Shown here in pieces: positions 40,672 through 51,880 of a DNA stretch of 64,000 nt (the stretch's first letter is position 1; the number at the start of each line of letters is the position of its first letter). Made by a program: the position numbers and the translations under genes. The notes beneath the pieces were generated by a model. It searched no databases. It saw only the letters and a list, made by a program, of their open reading frames with translations, and had not been told where the DNA came from. Source of the DNA: an uncultured delta proteobacterium (GTDB lineage: Bacteria > Desulfobacterota > RBG-13-43-22). The DNA lies in contig CAVQFQ010000021.1 in NCBI GenBank assembly GCA_963711835.1, forward strand, positions 294,632-358,631, in the 5' to 3' direction.

Positions 40672-41661
40672 ATGAACCCCAATGATTCTGAAAAGTGGTT
40701 GCTTTTTATACATCAACTTCCCCCTAAACCTAACGCCCTGAGGGTCAAAATCTGGCGGCGACTGCAACAGGTGGGAGCCGTGGCCATAAAGCCATCGGTC
40801 TATGCCCTGCCAATTTCCGAACAGTCGCGCGAGGATTTAAGCTGGATACTCAAGGAGATCGTCGAAGGTGGCGGGGATGGATCTATTTCGGAGGTGCGGT
40901 TTCTGGAGGGTTTGGACGATGAACAGGTGATAAACCTATTTCAAGCCGCCCGGAAGTCGGATTATGAAAAAATCCTCCAAGAGGCCAATCAATTGCTTAA
41001 AACCTGGTCTTCCGGGCAAATCGATCCCCAGGACCCGGCCATGAAAGGCCCTGCCCAGATGTCCAAACTTCAGCGCAGGTTGGACGAAGTCACGGCTATC
41101 GACTTTTTTCCAACCCCTGAACGAGAAACCGTGAGAATTCTTCTCAAGGACCTCGCAGCCCAGGGGTCCGGTGCCCTATCGGACGCTCCTGCCGAAGAAG
41201 AGACAGTCAACAAGCTGAAAGGAAAGACCTGGGTGACCCGGGGAAACATATTTGTGGATCGTATCGCCTGCGGGTGGTTGATCCGTCGCTTTATCGACAA
41301 CGAAGCGGTTTTCAAGTTTGTCCGCGGAACACCTGGCCTGAAGCCCGGTGAGCTACGATTCGACATGTTCCAAGGGGAATTCACCCACGAGGGAGACCGG
41401 TGCACTTTTGAGGTGATGATCAGGCGCTTGCAGCTCCGGGACCGGGCACTTGTACCCCTGGCGGAAATCGTCCACGACATCGACCTGAAAGAAAAAAAAT
41501 ACGGCCGAAGTGAAACCGACGGTTTCGGAGCCCTACTGACCGGCCTGGTGGCCTCTCATCCGGACGATGATCAACGCCTGGAGGAAGGTTGCCGGTTGTT
41601 TGATAACCTGTATGCCTATTTCCAAAGACGCAAAGGGGAGAACCCCTCCCTGAAGCAATAA
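40672..41661 (+). CDS. chrB: Chromate-responsive regulator ChrB
   Basis: WLLFIHQLPPKP..RVKIWRRLQ, IDFF, WVTR..VDRIACGWLIRRFID, FTHEGDRCTFE. Confidence 0.92.
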   Translation: MNPNDSEKWLLFIHQLPPKPNALRVKIWRRLQQVGAVAIKPSVYALPISEQSREDLSWILKEIVEGGGDGSISEVRFLEGLDDEQVINLFQAARKSDYEKILQEANQLLKTWSSGQIDPQDPAMKGPAQMSKLQRRLDEVTAIDFFPTPERETVRILLKDLAAQGSGALSDAPAEEETVNKLKGKTWVTRGNIFVDRIACGWLIRRFIDNEAVFKFVRGTPGLKPGELRFDMFQGEFTHEGDRCTFEVMIRRLQLRDRALVPLAEIVHDIDLKEKKYGRSETDGFGALLTGLVASHPDDDQRLEEGCRLFDNLYAYFQRRKGENPSLKQ

Positions 41662-41700
41662 ACCTTAAATAGGCAAACGTAACAAAAAAGGAGACTTGTT

Positions 41701-41988
41701 ATGCCGAGCATTGAAAAGCATGTCGAAATCAGCTTGCAGCGGACCGGTAAGCCCAATCGCGAGGTCCACGAATGGATTGATGATCCCCAACATAAAAACG
41801 AACGCCACGACATCACCCGCGTACTGGAATTCAGCCGGAAGTTCACGGACCAATACGGAGAGGAGGCAGCCAAAGAATATGTTCAGCATCTGGCTGATGA
41901 TTTAAACGGCAAGTTCAACCACCTGGTGGAGGACGTTCAAGCCTTGGTGAATCAGACTCTGACTTATTTCGGCGCAAAAAAGATTTAG
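41701..41988 (+). CDS. Hypothetical His/Asp-rich protein
   Basis: AGGAG ribosome-binding site; H7..VHEWID..ERHD..QHLADD. Confidence 0.75.
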   Translation: MPSIEKHVEISLQRTGKPNREVHEWIDDPQHKNERHDITRVLEFSRKFTDQYGEEAAKEYVQHLADDLNGKFNHLVEDVQALVNQTLTYFGAKKI

Positions 41989-42015
41989 GTTTGGCTTTTA
42001 AAAAGGAGACGAACA

Positions 42016-42454
42016 ATGCGATGGATAACCCGTTCCCATGTGCATGTCGACCGGGTAGCCTGCCCCTGGCTGATCACCCGCTTCATTGACTCGGATGCCG
42101 AATTCCTATTCGTGCCCAAGAGCAAGGTGATGGAAATCGCCGAAAAGGAAAGCGCAATCCCCTTCGATACGCCGGGGGCGAAACTGCATCACCGGGAGGA
42201 GCTATGCACCTTCGATGTGATCATCAAGGAGTATGAACTGACCGACAAGGCGCTGCAGCGTATGGCCAGGGTCATCAATGCCGCCGACACCGATCGGCTT
42301 GGACGCGGATCCCCTGGCGGCCGGTTTTGAGGCCATCGCCGTGGGCTATGGCCTGCGCTATCCGGACGACCTGGAAAATATCGAGCGGCAGTTCGAGGTC
42401 TATGACGCCCTCTACGCCTGGTGCCGTCTGGATGTGGCCGGGAGCAAATCATAA
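42016..42454 (+). CDS. Stand-alone ChrB C-terminal-domain protein (ChrF-like); frameshift near 42300
   Basis: MRWITRSHVHVDRVACPWLITRFID..CTFD..GFEAIAVG..VYDALYAWC. Confidence 0.85.
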
Positions 42455-42465
42455 AAGGAAAATCC

Positions 42466-43740
42466 ATGGCCGCCAATGAAACCATAACCAGCCGCACCTC
42501 CCGCCTTACAGATTTCCTGGCCCTACAGCGCAGCACCGTCGGTCTGCTGGGCATGGTGGTGCTGGTGGGCATGGGCGAACGGATGGCCGAGCGCTTTCTG
42601 CCCATCTACCTGATGGCCCTGGGGGGCGGCGCCCTGGCCATCGGACTGCTTCAGGCCATGGACAACCTCCTTTCGGCCCTGTACAGCTTTCCCGGCGGCT
42701 ACCTCGCCGACCGCATCGGGACCAAACGGTCTCTGCTGGTCTTTAACCTGGTGGCCATGGCCGGCTTCGCCCTGGTGATCGTGATCCCTTCCTGGCAGGC
42801 GGTCCTGGCCGGGGCGGTGCTCTTTATCTCCTGGTCGGCCATCTCGCTGCCGGCCACCATGAGCCTGATGTATCAGGTGCTGCCCCAGAACAAGCGCACC
42901 ATGGGGGTGACCATGCATTCGCTGGTGCGACGCATCCCCATGGCCCTGGGGCCCCTGGTCGGCGGGGTCTTTATCGGCGTCTGGGGCGAGCGGGACGGGG
43001 TTCGCCTGGCCTTCGGGGCGGCCCTGGTGCTGGCCGCGGTCGCTCTGGTGCTTCAGCAGCGCCTGATCGCGGACGATGCACCTGCAGCGAAACCCTCGGG
43101 GGAAACCTGTCATCTTTCGCCGGAAAAAAACCCGCTGAAACTGCTGCGGCTGATGAATCCGGCCATGAAGGGGCTTTTAGTCACCGACATCCTGATTCGT
43201 TTTTGCGAACAGATCCCCTATGCCTTCGTGGTGGTCTGGAGCATGAAGACCATCGCCGCACCGGTTTCGGCTCTACAGTTCGGTCTCCTGACGACTATCG
43301 AGATGGCCACGGCCGTGCTGGTCTATATCCCGGTGGCCTACCTGGCGGACCGAAGCACCAAGAAGCCCTTCGTCCTCATAACCTTTGTTTTTTTCACCCT
43401 CTTCCCCCTGGTACTTCTATACAGCCGCACCTTCGAATGGTTGCTGCTGGCCTTTGTCCTCCGGGGGTTAAAGGAATTTGGCGAACCCACCCGCAAATCC
43501 CTGATCATGGATCTGTCCCCCAAAAGCTGCCAGGCTGGCATGTTCGGGCTTTATTACCTGATCCGGGATGTGTTCGTTTCCTTTGCTGCCATAGGTGGTG
43601 CGTTTCTTTGGCAAGTTAGCCCGCAAACGAACTTCATCACCGCCTTTGCCTTCGGGATCATCGGCACCCTGGGTTTTGCGGTTTTCGGCCGGGATATTCC
43701 GGTGATGGAAAAAAGCAAAGAACCGCTGAGGCGGATATGA
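42466..43740 (+). CDS. MFS transporter
   Basis: GYLADRIGTKR MFS motif A; about 12 hydrophobic segments. Confidence 0.9.
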   Translation: MAANETITSRTSRLTDFLALQRSTVGLLGMVVLVGMGERMAERFLPIYLMALGGGALAIGLLQAMDNLLSALYSFPGGYLADRIGTKRSLLVFNLVAMAGFALVIVIPSWQAVLAGAVLFISWSAISLPATMSLMYQVLPQNKRTMGVTMHSLVRRIPMALGPLVGGVFIGVWGERDGVRLAFGAALVLAAVALVLQQRLIADDAPAAKPSGETCHLSPEKNPLKLLRLMNPAMKGLLVTDILIRFCEQIPYAFVVVWSMKTIAAPVSALQFGLLTTIEMATAVLVYIPVAYLADRSTKKPFVLITFVFFTLFPLVLLYSRTFEWLLLAFVLRGLKEFGEPTRKSLIMDLSPKSCQAGMFGLYYLIRDVFVSFAAIGGAFLWQVSPQTNFITAFAFGIIGTLGFAVFGRDIPVMEKSKEPLRRI

Positions 43741-43789
43741 GTTAGCGAATGGGAGACATCATCACCGTCGGCGTGAAAAACCAAGAAAA

Positions 43790-45112
43790 ATGTCATTAAC
43801 TAATAAGATAGAAACGACCCCCCATCCTTCTTTCTCGGAGGCCCTCAAATTCTGGTTGAAGCTGGGCTTTATCAGCTTCGGCGGGCCGACCGGGCAAATC
43901 GCCATTATGCACCAGGAGTTGGTGGAAAAAAGAAAATGGATTTCCAACACCCGGTTCCTCCAGGCCCTTAATTATTGTATGCTCCTGCCGGGTCCCGAGG
44001 CCAAACAGTTGGCCATTTATATCGGGTGGCTGCTTCATAAAATACCGGGAGGAGTGGTAGCGGGGAGTTTCTTTGTTCTCCCCTCCATCTTCATACTGTT
44101 TGGCCTCAGTCTGGTGTATGCATCCTATGGAAATATCCCCTGGATCACCGCCATCTTTAGCGGTCTTAAACCGGCCGTCATAGCCATTGTAGCCGCTGCC
44201 GTCATCAACATTGCCAAGAAGGCCTTAAAAAATGAGACCATGATAGCCCTGGCGGCTGTCGCCTTCATCGCGATTTTCTTCTTCAAGATCCCCTTCCCGG
44301 TCATCATCCTGGGCGCCGGCTTGATAGGGTTCTTAGGAGGGCTATACCTTCCCAAAAAATTCGACGTCATTAAGGAGAAGGACGGCGATTCGGAGGAGGC
44401 TTATGTCCAATACTGTGAAATAGACCTTCCCTGCCATATCGAACCCTCGATGAAACGGAATATTTTTCTAATTCTGGTTTTCCTGTTACTCTGGATTATC
44501 CCCATGGGAGGACTGATCTTAATTTCAAATCCTGTCTTTGTCACCGAAGGATTGTTCTTTACTAAGGCCGCTTTTTTGACCTTTGGCGGGGCCTACGCCG
44601 TCTTGGCTTATATCGCCCAGGCCGGTGTTGAACAATTTGCCTGGTTAACCGGCCCCCAGATGATCGACGGATTGGGGCTGGCCGAAACCACCCCCGGTCC
44701 TTTAATTATGGTCGTCCAGTTTATCGGCTTTATGGCCGGCTGGAATTATCCGGGGTCCTTGAATCCGGTACTGGCCGGACTCATCGGCTCCCTGATTGCC
44801 ACCTATTTTACCTTTCTGCCCTCTTTTTTATTTATCATGCTTGGAGGACCTTACCTTGAAAAATTCAGAGGAAACAAAAGATTCTCCGCCGTTCTCTCTG
44901 CCATAACGGCCTCGGTGGTGGGTGTTGTTTTGAACCTGGCGGTCTGGTTTGGAATACAAGTCTTATTTCCAGCTCCTCATGAAATCAACGGGTTTGGAAT
45001 AGTTGTGGGACTGGCCGCTTTTGTAGCCCTGCAATGGTTGAAAATCGGCATGATCCCGGTTATCCTAACTTCTGGAGGCCTGGGTCTAATTTGGAAATTA
45101 CATTTTTCTTAG
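43790..45112 (+). CDS. chrA: Chromate efflux transporter (long-chain CHR)
   Basis: LGFISFGGPTGQI, LLPGPEA, TFGGAYAVL, AETTPGP, TFLPSF. Confidence 0.96.
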   Translation: MSLTNKIETTPHPSFSEALKFWLKLGFISFGGPTGQIAIMHQELVEKRKWISNTRFLQALNYCMLLPGPEAKQLAIYIGWLLHKIPGGVVAGSFFVLPSIFILFGLSLVYASYGNIPWITAIFSGLKPAVIAIVAAAVINIAKKALKNETMIALAAVAFIAIFFFKIPFPVIILGAGLIGFLGGLYLPKKFDVIKEKDGDSEEAYVQYCEIDLPCHIEPSMKRNIFLILVFLLLWIIPMGGLILISNPVFVTEGLFFTKAAFLTFGGAYAVLAYIAQAGVEQFAWLTGPQMIDGLGLAETTPGPLIMVVQFIGFMAGWNYPGSLNPVLAGLIGSLIATYFTFLPSFLFIMLGGPYLEKFRGNKRFSAVLSAITASVVGVVLNLAVWFGIQVLFPAPHEINGFGIVVGLAAFVALQWLKIGMIPVILTSGGLGLIWKLHFS

Positions 45113-45124
45113 CTCGGCAAGGCC

Positions 45125-45598
45125 ATGGATCAAAAAAATAATTCTACTTTCGAATGGGCAAGATGCCAGGAAGCGAGAGCCGCTGGGAAAAAAACGGTTT
45201 TATTTATTTGCACCGGCAATGCCGTCCGCTCCCAGATGGCCGAAGCCCTGGTCAACCACACCCTCAAGGATAAATGGGCGGCCTTTTCCGCGGGATTCCT
45301 CCCTTCAGGTATCCATCCCCTGGTCAAAAAGGTCTTGCAGGAAATCGGGATTGACCTCTCCTCGCAAACCTCGAAGCATCTCGATTCCCTTCAGGGCTGC
45401 CAGTTTGACAGGGTGATCACCCTCTGCTCCGAAGCCGATGAATCCTGCACCTATTATCCCGGTCTGAGTAAGAAAGAGCATATTCCTTTTCAGGACCCTT
45501 CTTTATCCCTTCCCTTATTCTTCGGAGGGAAAACCCTTTTCAGGAAACTGAGGGATGAGATGAAAAAAATTTTAATCCCGCTACTGGAGAAAGATTGA
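45125..45598 (+). CDS. arsC: Arsenate reductase / low-molecular-weight phosphatase family
   Basis: VLFICTGNAVRSQMAE (CX5R), ITLCSEADESC, FQDP. Confidence 0.85.
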   Translation: MDQKNNSTFEWARCQEARAAGKKTVLFICTGNAVRSQMAEALVNHTLKDKWAAFSAGFLPSGIHPLVKKVLQEIGIDLSSQTSKHLDSLQGCQFDRVITLCSEADESCTYYPGLSKKEHIPFQDPSLSLPLFFGGKTLFRKLRDEMKKILIPLLEKD

Positions 45599-45599
45599 A

Positions 45600-48500
45600 A
45601 TGGGCAAATTCTTAAACCTCTTCTCCAAAGGAGAGACCTGCCAGCTCCTGGTCAATCTGGAAGGCCGGCATGTCAGCCGCTACCAATTTTTCAAATCGCT
45701 GCTGGAGCACAACCACGAGTCCCTGGCCCTGATGGCGGATCTGGAGCAGCTCTATTACAGCGGCCGGCCTTTCAGCCTGGCTGAGCTGCGGGAAAAAATC
45801 CAATCGCTCTCCCATGAGATTGAAAATCTCCTTACCGACTTCGATCGGCTCTCAGAAAAAAAATATGCCACTTTAAGCCCGGTATTTCTGGAAATTAGAG
45901 ATCAAATAACCCGGGAGCTGTATCCCACATCCGGTTTTTCCCACAAAGGATCTGGTCCTGCCCCTGGAAATGATTTCCATTGAGACAAGGGTCATGGTCG
46001 GGGCCAAGGCCGGGCACCTGGCGGCAATTAAGAACGACTTGGGCCTGCCGGTCCCCGAAGGATTTGCCGTCACGGCTGAGGCCTACGAACAGTTTATCCG
46101 GGAGAACCGCTTGGCCGGCCCCATCGAAGAGGCCTTATCCGCTTTGAAACCGGATGACCCGGAAGGAATGGAAAAAACCAGCCAAAGGATCAGGAACTGG
46201 ATCCTGGAGGCCCGGGTACCCCAGGCAATAGAGGAAGCCTTTCTGCAGGCCTATGGCGCACTGGAGCAGAAAACAGAGGGAGGAGTCCGTCTTTCCCTGC
46301 GCAGCAGCGCCATCGGCGAAGATACGGAAGCCAGTTTCGCCGGCCAATTTGAGACTGTCCTTAATGTGGCCCGGGAGAACCTGTTCGAAGCCTATCGGCA
46401 GGTGCTGGCCGCCAAATATTCACCCCGGGCCCTATCTTATCGTTATCAGCAGGGGTTTGACGATCGGATGACCCCCATGGCCGTGGCCGCTATCCGGATG
46501 ATCGATTCCCGGTCAAGCGGGGTGATGTATACCCGAGATCCCGGACAACCCGATGCCCAACAAATAAAAATAAGTGCCATCTGGGGGCTGGGAGAACATT
46601 TGGTTGACGGCAGCGGCTCTGCCGACCAATTTGTCGTCGATGCGCTGGAGATGAAAATAATAAGTAAAACAATTAGCCGGAAAGACCGGCGTCTAATCGG
46701 GTTGCCGGAAGGAGGGACCCGACTGGAGGTCATGCCCGACGCGGAAACAGAGACCGCCTCCTTATCCGACGACCAGGCCCTTCAGTTGGCCCAATACGGT
46801 TTGAAACTGGAGGCCTTTTTCGAAAGCCCTCAGGATATCGAATGGGCCCTGGATGAAAAGGGCCGCCTGTTTCTGCTCCAGTCCCGGCCCCTGAATATAC
46901 AGGAGACCAGATCTGAGCCCCTTGGAATAATAAGCGATTTCCCTGATCACCCGCTGCTCTTGAAAGGCGGCCTGAATGCCTCTTCGGGGACAGCCTTCGG
47001 TAAGGTTTTTCTGTTGGGAGCCGAAAAGGTCGGAGGCCCCATTCCCGAAGAGGCCATTCTGGTAGCTGCCACCGCCTCGCCCAACTATGCTCAATGGATG
47101 GGCCGAATCAAAGGCCTCATCACCGATATCGGCAGCACTACCAGCCACCTGGCCTCCGTGGCCCGGGAATTCAAGGTCCCGGCCCTATTCAATACCGGCC
47201 AGGCCACCCGGACCCTGAAAGAAGGAGCTGCCATAACCTTTTCCGCCGACCGGGCCCTTGTTTTTCAGGGCCGGGTGGAGGCTTTGCTGGACCCGCTTCA
47301 CAAAACAAAAAACCTTTTTATTGATCGGCCGGTCCACCGCCGCCTGCGCACTGTACTCGACCATATTGCACCCTTGAAGTTGACGGATCCCCGATCCCCC
47401 TCCTTCTCACCCCAGGGCTGTCAATCGTACCATGATCTGATCCGTTTTACCCATGAACTGGCTGTGAAAGAGATGTTCGGGCTGGCCGATGCGGCGGACC
47501 GCAAGGCCGTTTCGGTCAAACTGACCAGCAACATCCCCTTGGTCCTGTACCTGATGGACCTGGGAGAAGGTCTCAAAGAAGGTTTGTCCACCTGCGATCA
47601 AATTACCCCCGACCATTTTGCCTCCATCCCGATGAAGGCCCTTTGGAAGGGTTTTTCCCATCCCGGCATCACCTGGTCCGGCTCCATCAATTTTGATCTG
47701 GGAAAATTCATGACCTTGATGGCGATGGGGGCCACCTCGGAATTTGGTGAAACCCCCGGTGGGGACAGCTACGCCTTGCTGTCTAAGGACTATCTGAATT
47801 TCAGCGCCAAGTTCGGCTACCACTTTGCCACCGTGGATAGCCTCTGCGGTGAGAGCAGCAGCCAGAATTATATTGCCCTCCAGTTTTCCGGGGGGGCCGG
47901 CAATTTCGTCGGCCGCTCCTTGCGGATCTATTTTCTGGCCGAGGTCCTGAAAACATTAGGCTTCGACATTTCCATCAAAGCCGATCTCCTGGAAGCCGCC
48001 TTGACCGGCTATGACCGCCCGGCCATGGAAGAAAAGCTGGATCAACTGGGCCGGCTGCTGGCCTGCAGCCGCTTGCTGGATATGGCCTTATCCAACGAAG
48101 GGGATATTGAACGCCTGACGAAGATGTTTTTTAATGAGGAATATGACTTTCTTTCCGGCCCGCAGAAAGAGAAGCTGAAGGGTTTTTACATTCAGACCGG
48201 CGACTGGAAACAATCGCTTGAAGACGGTCTTTCCGTCTGCCTGCAGGATGGCTCCAAATCCGGATTCTGGATGTCTTCCGGTCTGGCCGGCATGGTGGGC
48301 AAGGTCATGGGCGCTTCCCTTCAGGAATTCCTGGACAATATCGAAGCCTACTTCTATTTCCCTCTGGCCATTGCCAAGAACCTGGAAATGGCCGAAGGCA
48401 CCATCTCGGTTCAGGTAAAAGCCATCAGAGGAAATATCGACCGTGCCGGCGGGCTGGCCTTTGGCCTGAAGAATGCCGGCAATTATTTCGTCTTCCGTCT

Positions 48501-48787
48501 CAATGCCCTGGAGGACAACGTCGCCCTTTTTGAATTCATCAACGGCAAAAGGGTCCAGCGGGTCAATGTCAGAAAGAAGATCGATTCCGATCGTTGGTAT
48601 CGACTTAAGGTGGAAATAAAGGGCGCGACTATCCGGGGCATTCTGGATGATGAACTGGTCTTGGAATATGAGGCCGCAGTCCAATTTACAAGGCCATGTG
48701 GGGCTCTGGACCAAGGCCGATTCGGTAACGGCCTTCCGGGATCTGACCGTTGAAACGGAAGATCAAAAACGGACTTTTGGATGTTGA
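45600..48787 (+). CDS. PEP-synthase/PPDK-like ATP-grasp plus phospho-His protein with a C-terminal beta-sandwich domain; frameshifts near 45930 and 48690
   Basis: VGAKAGHL, PVPEGFAVT, LRSSAIGED..SFAGQFET, PQDIEWA..LLQSRP, TSHLASVAREF, GHVGLWTKADSVT. Confidence 0.85.
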
Positions 48788-48805
48788 ATAGGAGCAAGGA
48801 CCATC

Positions 48806-49690
48806 CTACCGGATCACATAACGGTCTCCCGCCTGTTGAATCCTTCCCTTGGCCAACAGTCGTTCCAGGTGCTTGCCTATGAGAGCGCGCTCCCCGAATT
48901 CGAAAAAGGCCGCCGGTTCGCGGGGCTTTTGATAGATGATCCACTGGGATACGATCTCATCCAAAGTCCGGGGTTGAACCAGGTAGGCCAGCAGTTTCTG
49001 CTCCCGCTCCTCGATGATATTCAAGTAACGGTCCCAGTCCTCCCCCGGATCGGTTTCAAACAGGCCTGTTTCATGACCGGTGATCCAGGTGCGGGCCGGG
49101 ATCTGCCGGAGTTTGTTGACCGAGGTAATCGTGTCTTCAATGGAGGAATCGCGGTCGCCGTACCAGGGACCGAACTTTCCTAAATCATAGTCACCCAGAA
49201 AGAGAACCGCCGGTTCCTTGAAGAAGAAGGCCAGATGGCCGGGGGTATGACCCGGGGTGCTTATCACTTCGATGGTGACGGAATTGAAGGCCATCACCTC
49301 CCCGCCCTGGAAGGTCCGGGTTGCCGCCCGGGGACGAAAATGAAACTGATCGGTGAGTAACTGTCGCCAGGTTTCCCGGTATTCAGGGTTGTCCATCCCG
49401 TACCAGTCCATGAAAGTTTCGGAGCTGGCAAGAGGAGCTGTTTCGATATCAGGCACAACCAGCGGCAGGTCATCAAAAAGATCCAGGTGCATCAGGTGGT
49501 CTTCGTGCCAGTGGCTGAGCCAAACTTCCTTGACGCCGGGACCCTGGCGGAGCTGACTAAGACGCTCCCTATCCGAAGCGGGATCGATCAATATCCCTGG
49601 TCCCTCCAGGTAGACCGAATGACAAAAGGGATATTTTCCCCGATTTTCTCCCGGGATAAACCAAACCGGACCGAAATGTTTTTCTTCCAT
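48806..49690 (-). CDS. Metallo-beta-lactamase-fold hydrolase
   Basis: SHWHEDH, TPGHTPGH, GD, TGHE. Confidence 0.9.
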   Translation of the reverse strand: MEEKHFGPVWFIPGENRGKYPFCHSVYLEGPGILIDPASDRERLSQLRQGPGVKEVWLSHWHEDHLMHLDLFDDLPLVVPDIETAPLASSETFMDWYGMDNPEYRETWRQLLTDQFHFRPRAATRTFQGGEVMAFNSVTIEVISTPGHTPGHLAFFFKEPAVLFLGDYDLGKFGPWYGDRDSSIEDTITSVNKLRQIPARTWITGHETGLFETDPGEDWDRYLNIIEEREQKLLAYLVQPRTLDEIVSQWIIYQKPREPAAFFEFGERALIGKHLERLLAKGRIQQAGDRYVIR

Positions 49691-49842
49691 ATTACTTTAA
49701 CTATAATCCTTTATCTGTTGTTTTTACTTATTTTTTAACTATTAATTGTCTTTTATAAATTATCCCTGAACTCATCCCCCCACCTGCTGTGCATTGCCCA
49801 AGGGCAGGGATAAGTCGGGCTCCAAAACTAGTTGAGGTTACT

Positions 49843-49931
49843 GAATTCCGGCTGGAGTTTACCCCGCGGTTGACGCGGGGCCAGAAGGAATGACCGGGAA
49901 GAGCGCGCCTGGACTTGTTGCGAAATCATCA
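49843..49931. repeat. REP-like hairpin plus right end of a MITE related to 8797-8932
   Basis: GAATTCCGGC..CCCCGCG-GTTGA-CGCGGGG..GGAATGAC..GACTTGTTGCGAAATCATCA. Confidence 0.5.
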
Positions 49932-51626
49932 TTTGGTCTCTTTTGAAGTTTTGACATCCACGATCTCGGCCTGGAATATATCCTGGAACTCTTTTATCAG
50001 GGGGTTTTCCAGGGTTTCTTTGATTGATTTCCGTTTCTGAGGGGCCGATTCCGGCTTACTCTTCTGACCTTCTTTTCCCCGGCCCACAAAACGGATCTGG
50101 ATTTTTCGCTTAAAGAAGTCCTGGCAGATTTTTTCCAGCTTCTTTTTATTGCTGTTCCCTTCCAGCAGTTCCAGATGAAAGGCATTATCCTGAAAATCCC
50201 ATTCCAGGGTTTTAGGATCCGCCATCCTGGGTTCCCCATGGTTGAGATAGGTTGCCAAGGGCAGGTTTTGCTGGCGGACAAATTCAAGGAGGGCTTCCTT
50301 GGAGAATGATTCAGGGCCTGGCGCCGGGGGAGCCGAAGCCTGTGGAGGAAGCGTCACCTCCTTTTCCGGATCGGCCTCCTTGGGGACTGGGGCGACGGAG
50401 TAGGCAGGTTTTTTCTCCCGCAGGTTGGGAGCCGGTTCGGGGGAAAGGTTTTCCAGGGAGGAGATCTTTCCCGGAGCCCAGGATCCCTGCCGCTCCAATT
50501 GGTCCAGTTTCTGGAGAACGACTTCAATGGGCACCACCTCACGAAGACGAGCCAAACGCAATAAAATCATCTCCAAGGTCAAGCGGGGCTGAGCCGCCCG
50601 GCGCAGTTCGTTCTCGGATTGAATCAGGAAATGGAGGCCGTCCTGAAGGAGGTCCAGGGAAATGGAGGCCAGGGCCGGTTTGATTTCCCCGATTTCCTCT
50701 TGAGTCAGGTCCAGCAACGGCCCCTGGTCCTGTCCCATCTTGATCAAGAGCAGGTTTCTGAAATGCTCGATCAGGTCCTTCAAAAATTGCTTCAGATCAT
50801 ACCCGAATTCATAGACTTCACCAATCAACTCCAGAATCCGGTTTAACTGATTTTCCAGTAAGGCCCAGCCGATCTCAACGATAATCCTGCGGTCCACGAA
50901 TCCCAGGATTTCCTGGACCTGTTTCTCGGTAATTTCCTCGGAAGAAAAGGCCAGGATCTGATCCAGGAGGCTTAAGGCATCCCGAATGCTGCCTTCAGCC
51001 TGACGGGTAATCAGGCGCAGGGCCTGTTCTTCCACAAGGACCTTTTCATCGCCGGCCAATTTTTTAAGATGCCCCACGATCAAATCAGGAGAAATCCGCC
51101 GGAAGTTAAAGGATTGGCAGCGGGAATAAATGGTCAAAGGCACCTTGTTTAGTTCCGTAGTGGCAAAGATAAAAATGGCATGTCGGGGGGGCTCTTCCAG
51201 GGTTTTAAGCAGGGCGTTGAAGGCTTCCCCGGTCAGCATGTGGACTTCGTCCACGATATAGATTTTATAGCGGCCCTGGGCCGGCAGGTATTTGATGCTT
51301 TCCCGTAATTCCCGGACATCATCAATGCCCCGGTTGGAAGCCCCGTCAATCTCCTGAACGTCCAGACTGATACCCTGGGTAATCTCTCGGCAGGAAACGC
51401 AGGCGTTGCAGGGCCTCGGGATCGGCCCCTCGGCGCAGTTAAGGGCCTTGGCTAAAATGCGGGCTATGGAGGTTTTTCCCACCCCTCGGGGACCGCTGAA
51501 CAAATAGGCGTGGGCCACCCGGCCGGTTTGAATGGCATTTTGCAGGGTCTGGACAACATGATTCTGTCCCAGAACCTCTTCAAAAATCTGGGGGCGGCAT
51601 TTCCGGGCTAAAACAAGATAGGACAT
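49929..51626 (-). CDS. dnaX: DNA polymerase III gamma/tau subunit
   Basis: [52 protein letters not shown]. Confidence 0.97.
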   Translation of the reverse strand: MSYLVLARKCRPQIFEEVLGQNHVVQTLQNAIQTGRVAHAYLFSGPRGVGKTSIARILAKALNCAEGPIPRPCNACVSCREITQGISLDVQEIDGASNRGIDDVRELRESIKYLPAQGRYKIYIVDEVHMLTGEAFNALLKTLEEPPRHAIFIFATTELNKVPLTIYSRCQSFNFRRISPDLIVGHLKKLAGDEKVLVEEQALRLITRQAEGSIRDALSLLDQILAFSSEEITEKQVQEILGFVDRRIIVEIGWALLENQLNRILELIGEVYEFGYDLKQFLKDLIEHFRNLLLIKMGQDQGPLLDLTQEEIGEIKPALASISLDLLQDGLHFLIQSENELRRAAQPRLTLEMILLRLARLREVVPIEVVLQKLDQLERQGSWAPGKISSLENLSPEPAPNLREKKPAYSVAPVPKEADPEKEVTLPPQASAPPAPGPESFSKEALLEFVRQQNLPLATYLNHGEPRMADPKTLEWDFQDNAFHLELLEGNSNKKKLEKICQDFFKRKIQIRFVGRGKEGQKSKPESAPQKRKSIKETLENPLIKEFQDIFQAEIVDVKTSKETK

Positions 51627-51723
51627 AAAAACTACCGTTAGTGTAAGGTGTGAGGCGTTAAAGGTTAGACTAAGGTAAAGAGGATGTTATTATTGTCATG
51701 GCGCCCCATACCAGTGGGGTTCG

Positions 51724-51817
51724 TGGCGGAGAGAGAGGGATTCGAACCCTCGGTACACCTTTTGGGCGTACACACGATTTCCAGTCGTGCCCCTTCAGCC
51801 AGCTCGGGCATCTCTCC
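51724..51817 (-). tRNA. tRNA-Ser (GGA)
   Basis: GGAGAGATGCCCGAGCTGGCTGAAGGGGCACGACT-GGA-AATCGTG..long variable arm..GGTTCGAATCCCTCTCTCTCCGCCA. Confidence 0.96.
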
Positions 51818-51880
51818 GTGTCATAGCGCTTTGCCGTCAGCTAAAACCATCTTAATTTTTTTATTTTTGCTGAGATCAGA

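Noticed and set aside
49929-51626. Programmed frameshift producing DnaX gamma
   Set aside because: No convincing A AAA AAG slippery site with a stimulatory hairpin was identified at the expected position.
51627-51723. SRP RNA (ffs), often found between tRNA-Ser and dnaX
   Set aside because: No SRP domain IV motif was seen, only a small CCCCA/TGGGG hairpin and a heptamer tract.
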